Below are positions 63,840 to 64,000 of a stretch of 64,000 nt of DNA, piece by piece. The notes below the pieces were generated by a model. That model was not told where the DNA came from. It saw only the letters and a program-made list of their open reading frames with translations, and did no database searches. The position numbers and the translations under genes are program-made. Each line of letters begins with the position of its first letter. Within the stretch, counting starts at the first letter, position 1. The stretch spans positions 4,278,001 to 4,342,000 of the forward strand of contig OY986946.1 in assembly GCA_963920595.1 (NCBI GenBank), read 5' to 3'. This DNA comes from Eimeria praecox. Its lineage: Eukaryota.

Positions 63840-64000
63840 GGGAGAGAGAGAGATAGAGAGCCATTAAACGCTACAATCCTCAGCTCCTGTGTTGCTATCG
63901 ACCTGAAATTCTAAGAAATATTTGTTGTCTGAAATTGTTTGATATATACTTTTTTAAACGAGGAATCGTCATCTTTATCATTTTGTACACAATCTCATGA

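Overview
This is eukaryotic, intron-rich DNA with the hallmarks of an Eimeria (coccidian apicomplexan) repeat-rich chromosome segment: pervasive (CAG)n encoding poly-Q/A/S, interstitial telomere-type (TTTAGGG)n arrays, TGCATGCA palindromes and GGGGCCCC clusters. Most long ORFs in the supplied track are repeat artefacts, so real genes had to be assembled by hand from exons with GT-AG boundaries and phase checks. Supported genes: TAPT1/Emp65-like membrane protein (5' end runs off the window), tRNA-Ala(UGC), organellar IF-2, organellar bL21, an unknown multi-pass membrane protein, an ankyrin-repeat protein with an MGxxxS N-terminus, eL38, an SRR1-like protein, a CPP1/DUF3353-like protein with a bipartite (apicoplast-type) leader, and an intronless secreted/TM protein. 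Decayed Ty3/Gypsy-type remnants lie in repeat-poor stretches (~44-46.5 kb and ~60.5-63 kb). Most interesting leads: a CPP1-like chlorophyll-pathway chaperone homologue in a non-photosynthetic parasite; a candidate intron made entirely of telomeric repeats; a dispersed TGT(A/C)YR(T/G)ACA palindrome that also occurs inside exons; a tRNA-like A/B-box element facing away from tRNA-Ala; and a possible micro-exon gene head-to-head with bL21. All family assignments come from motif recognition by eye; no searches were run.
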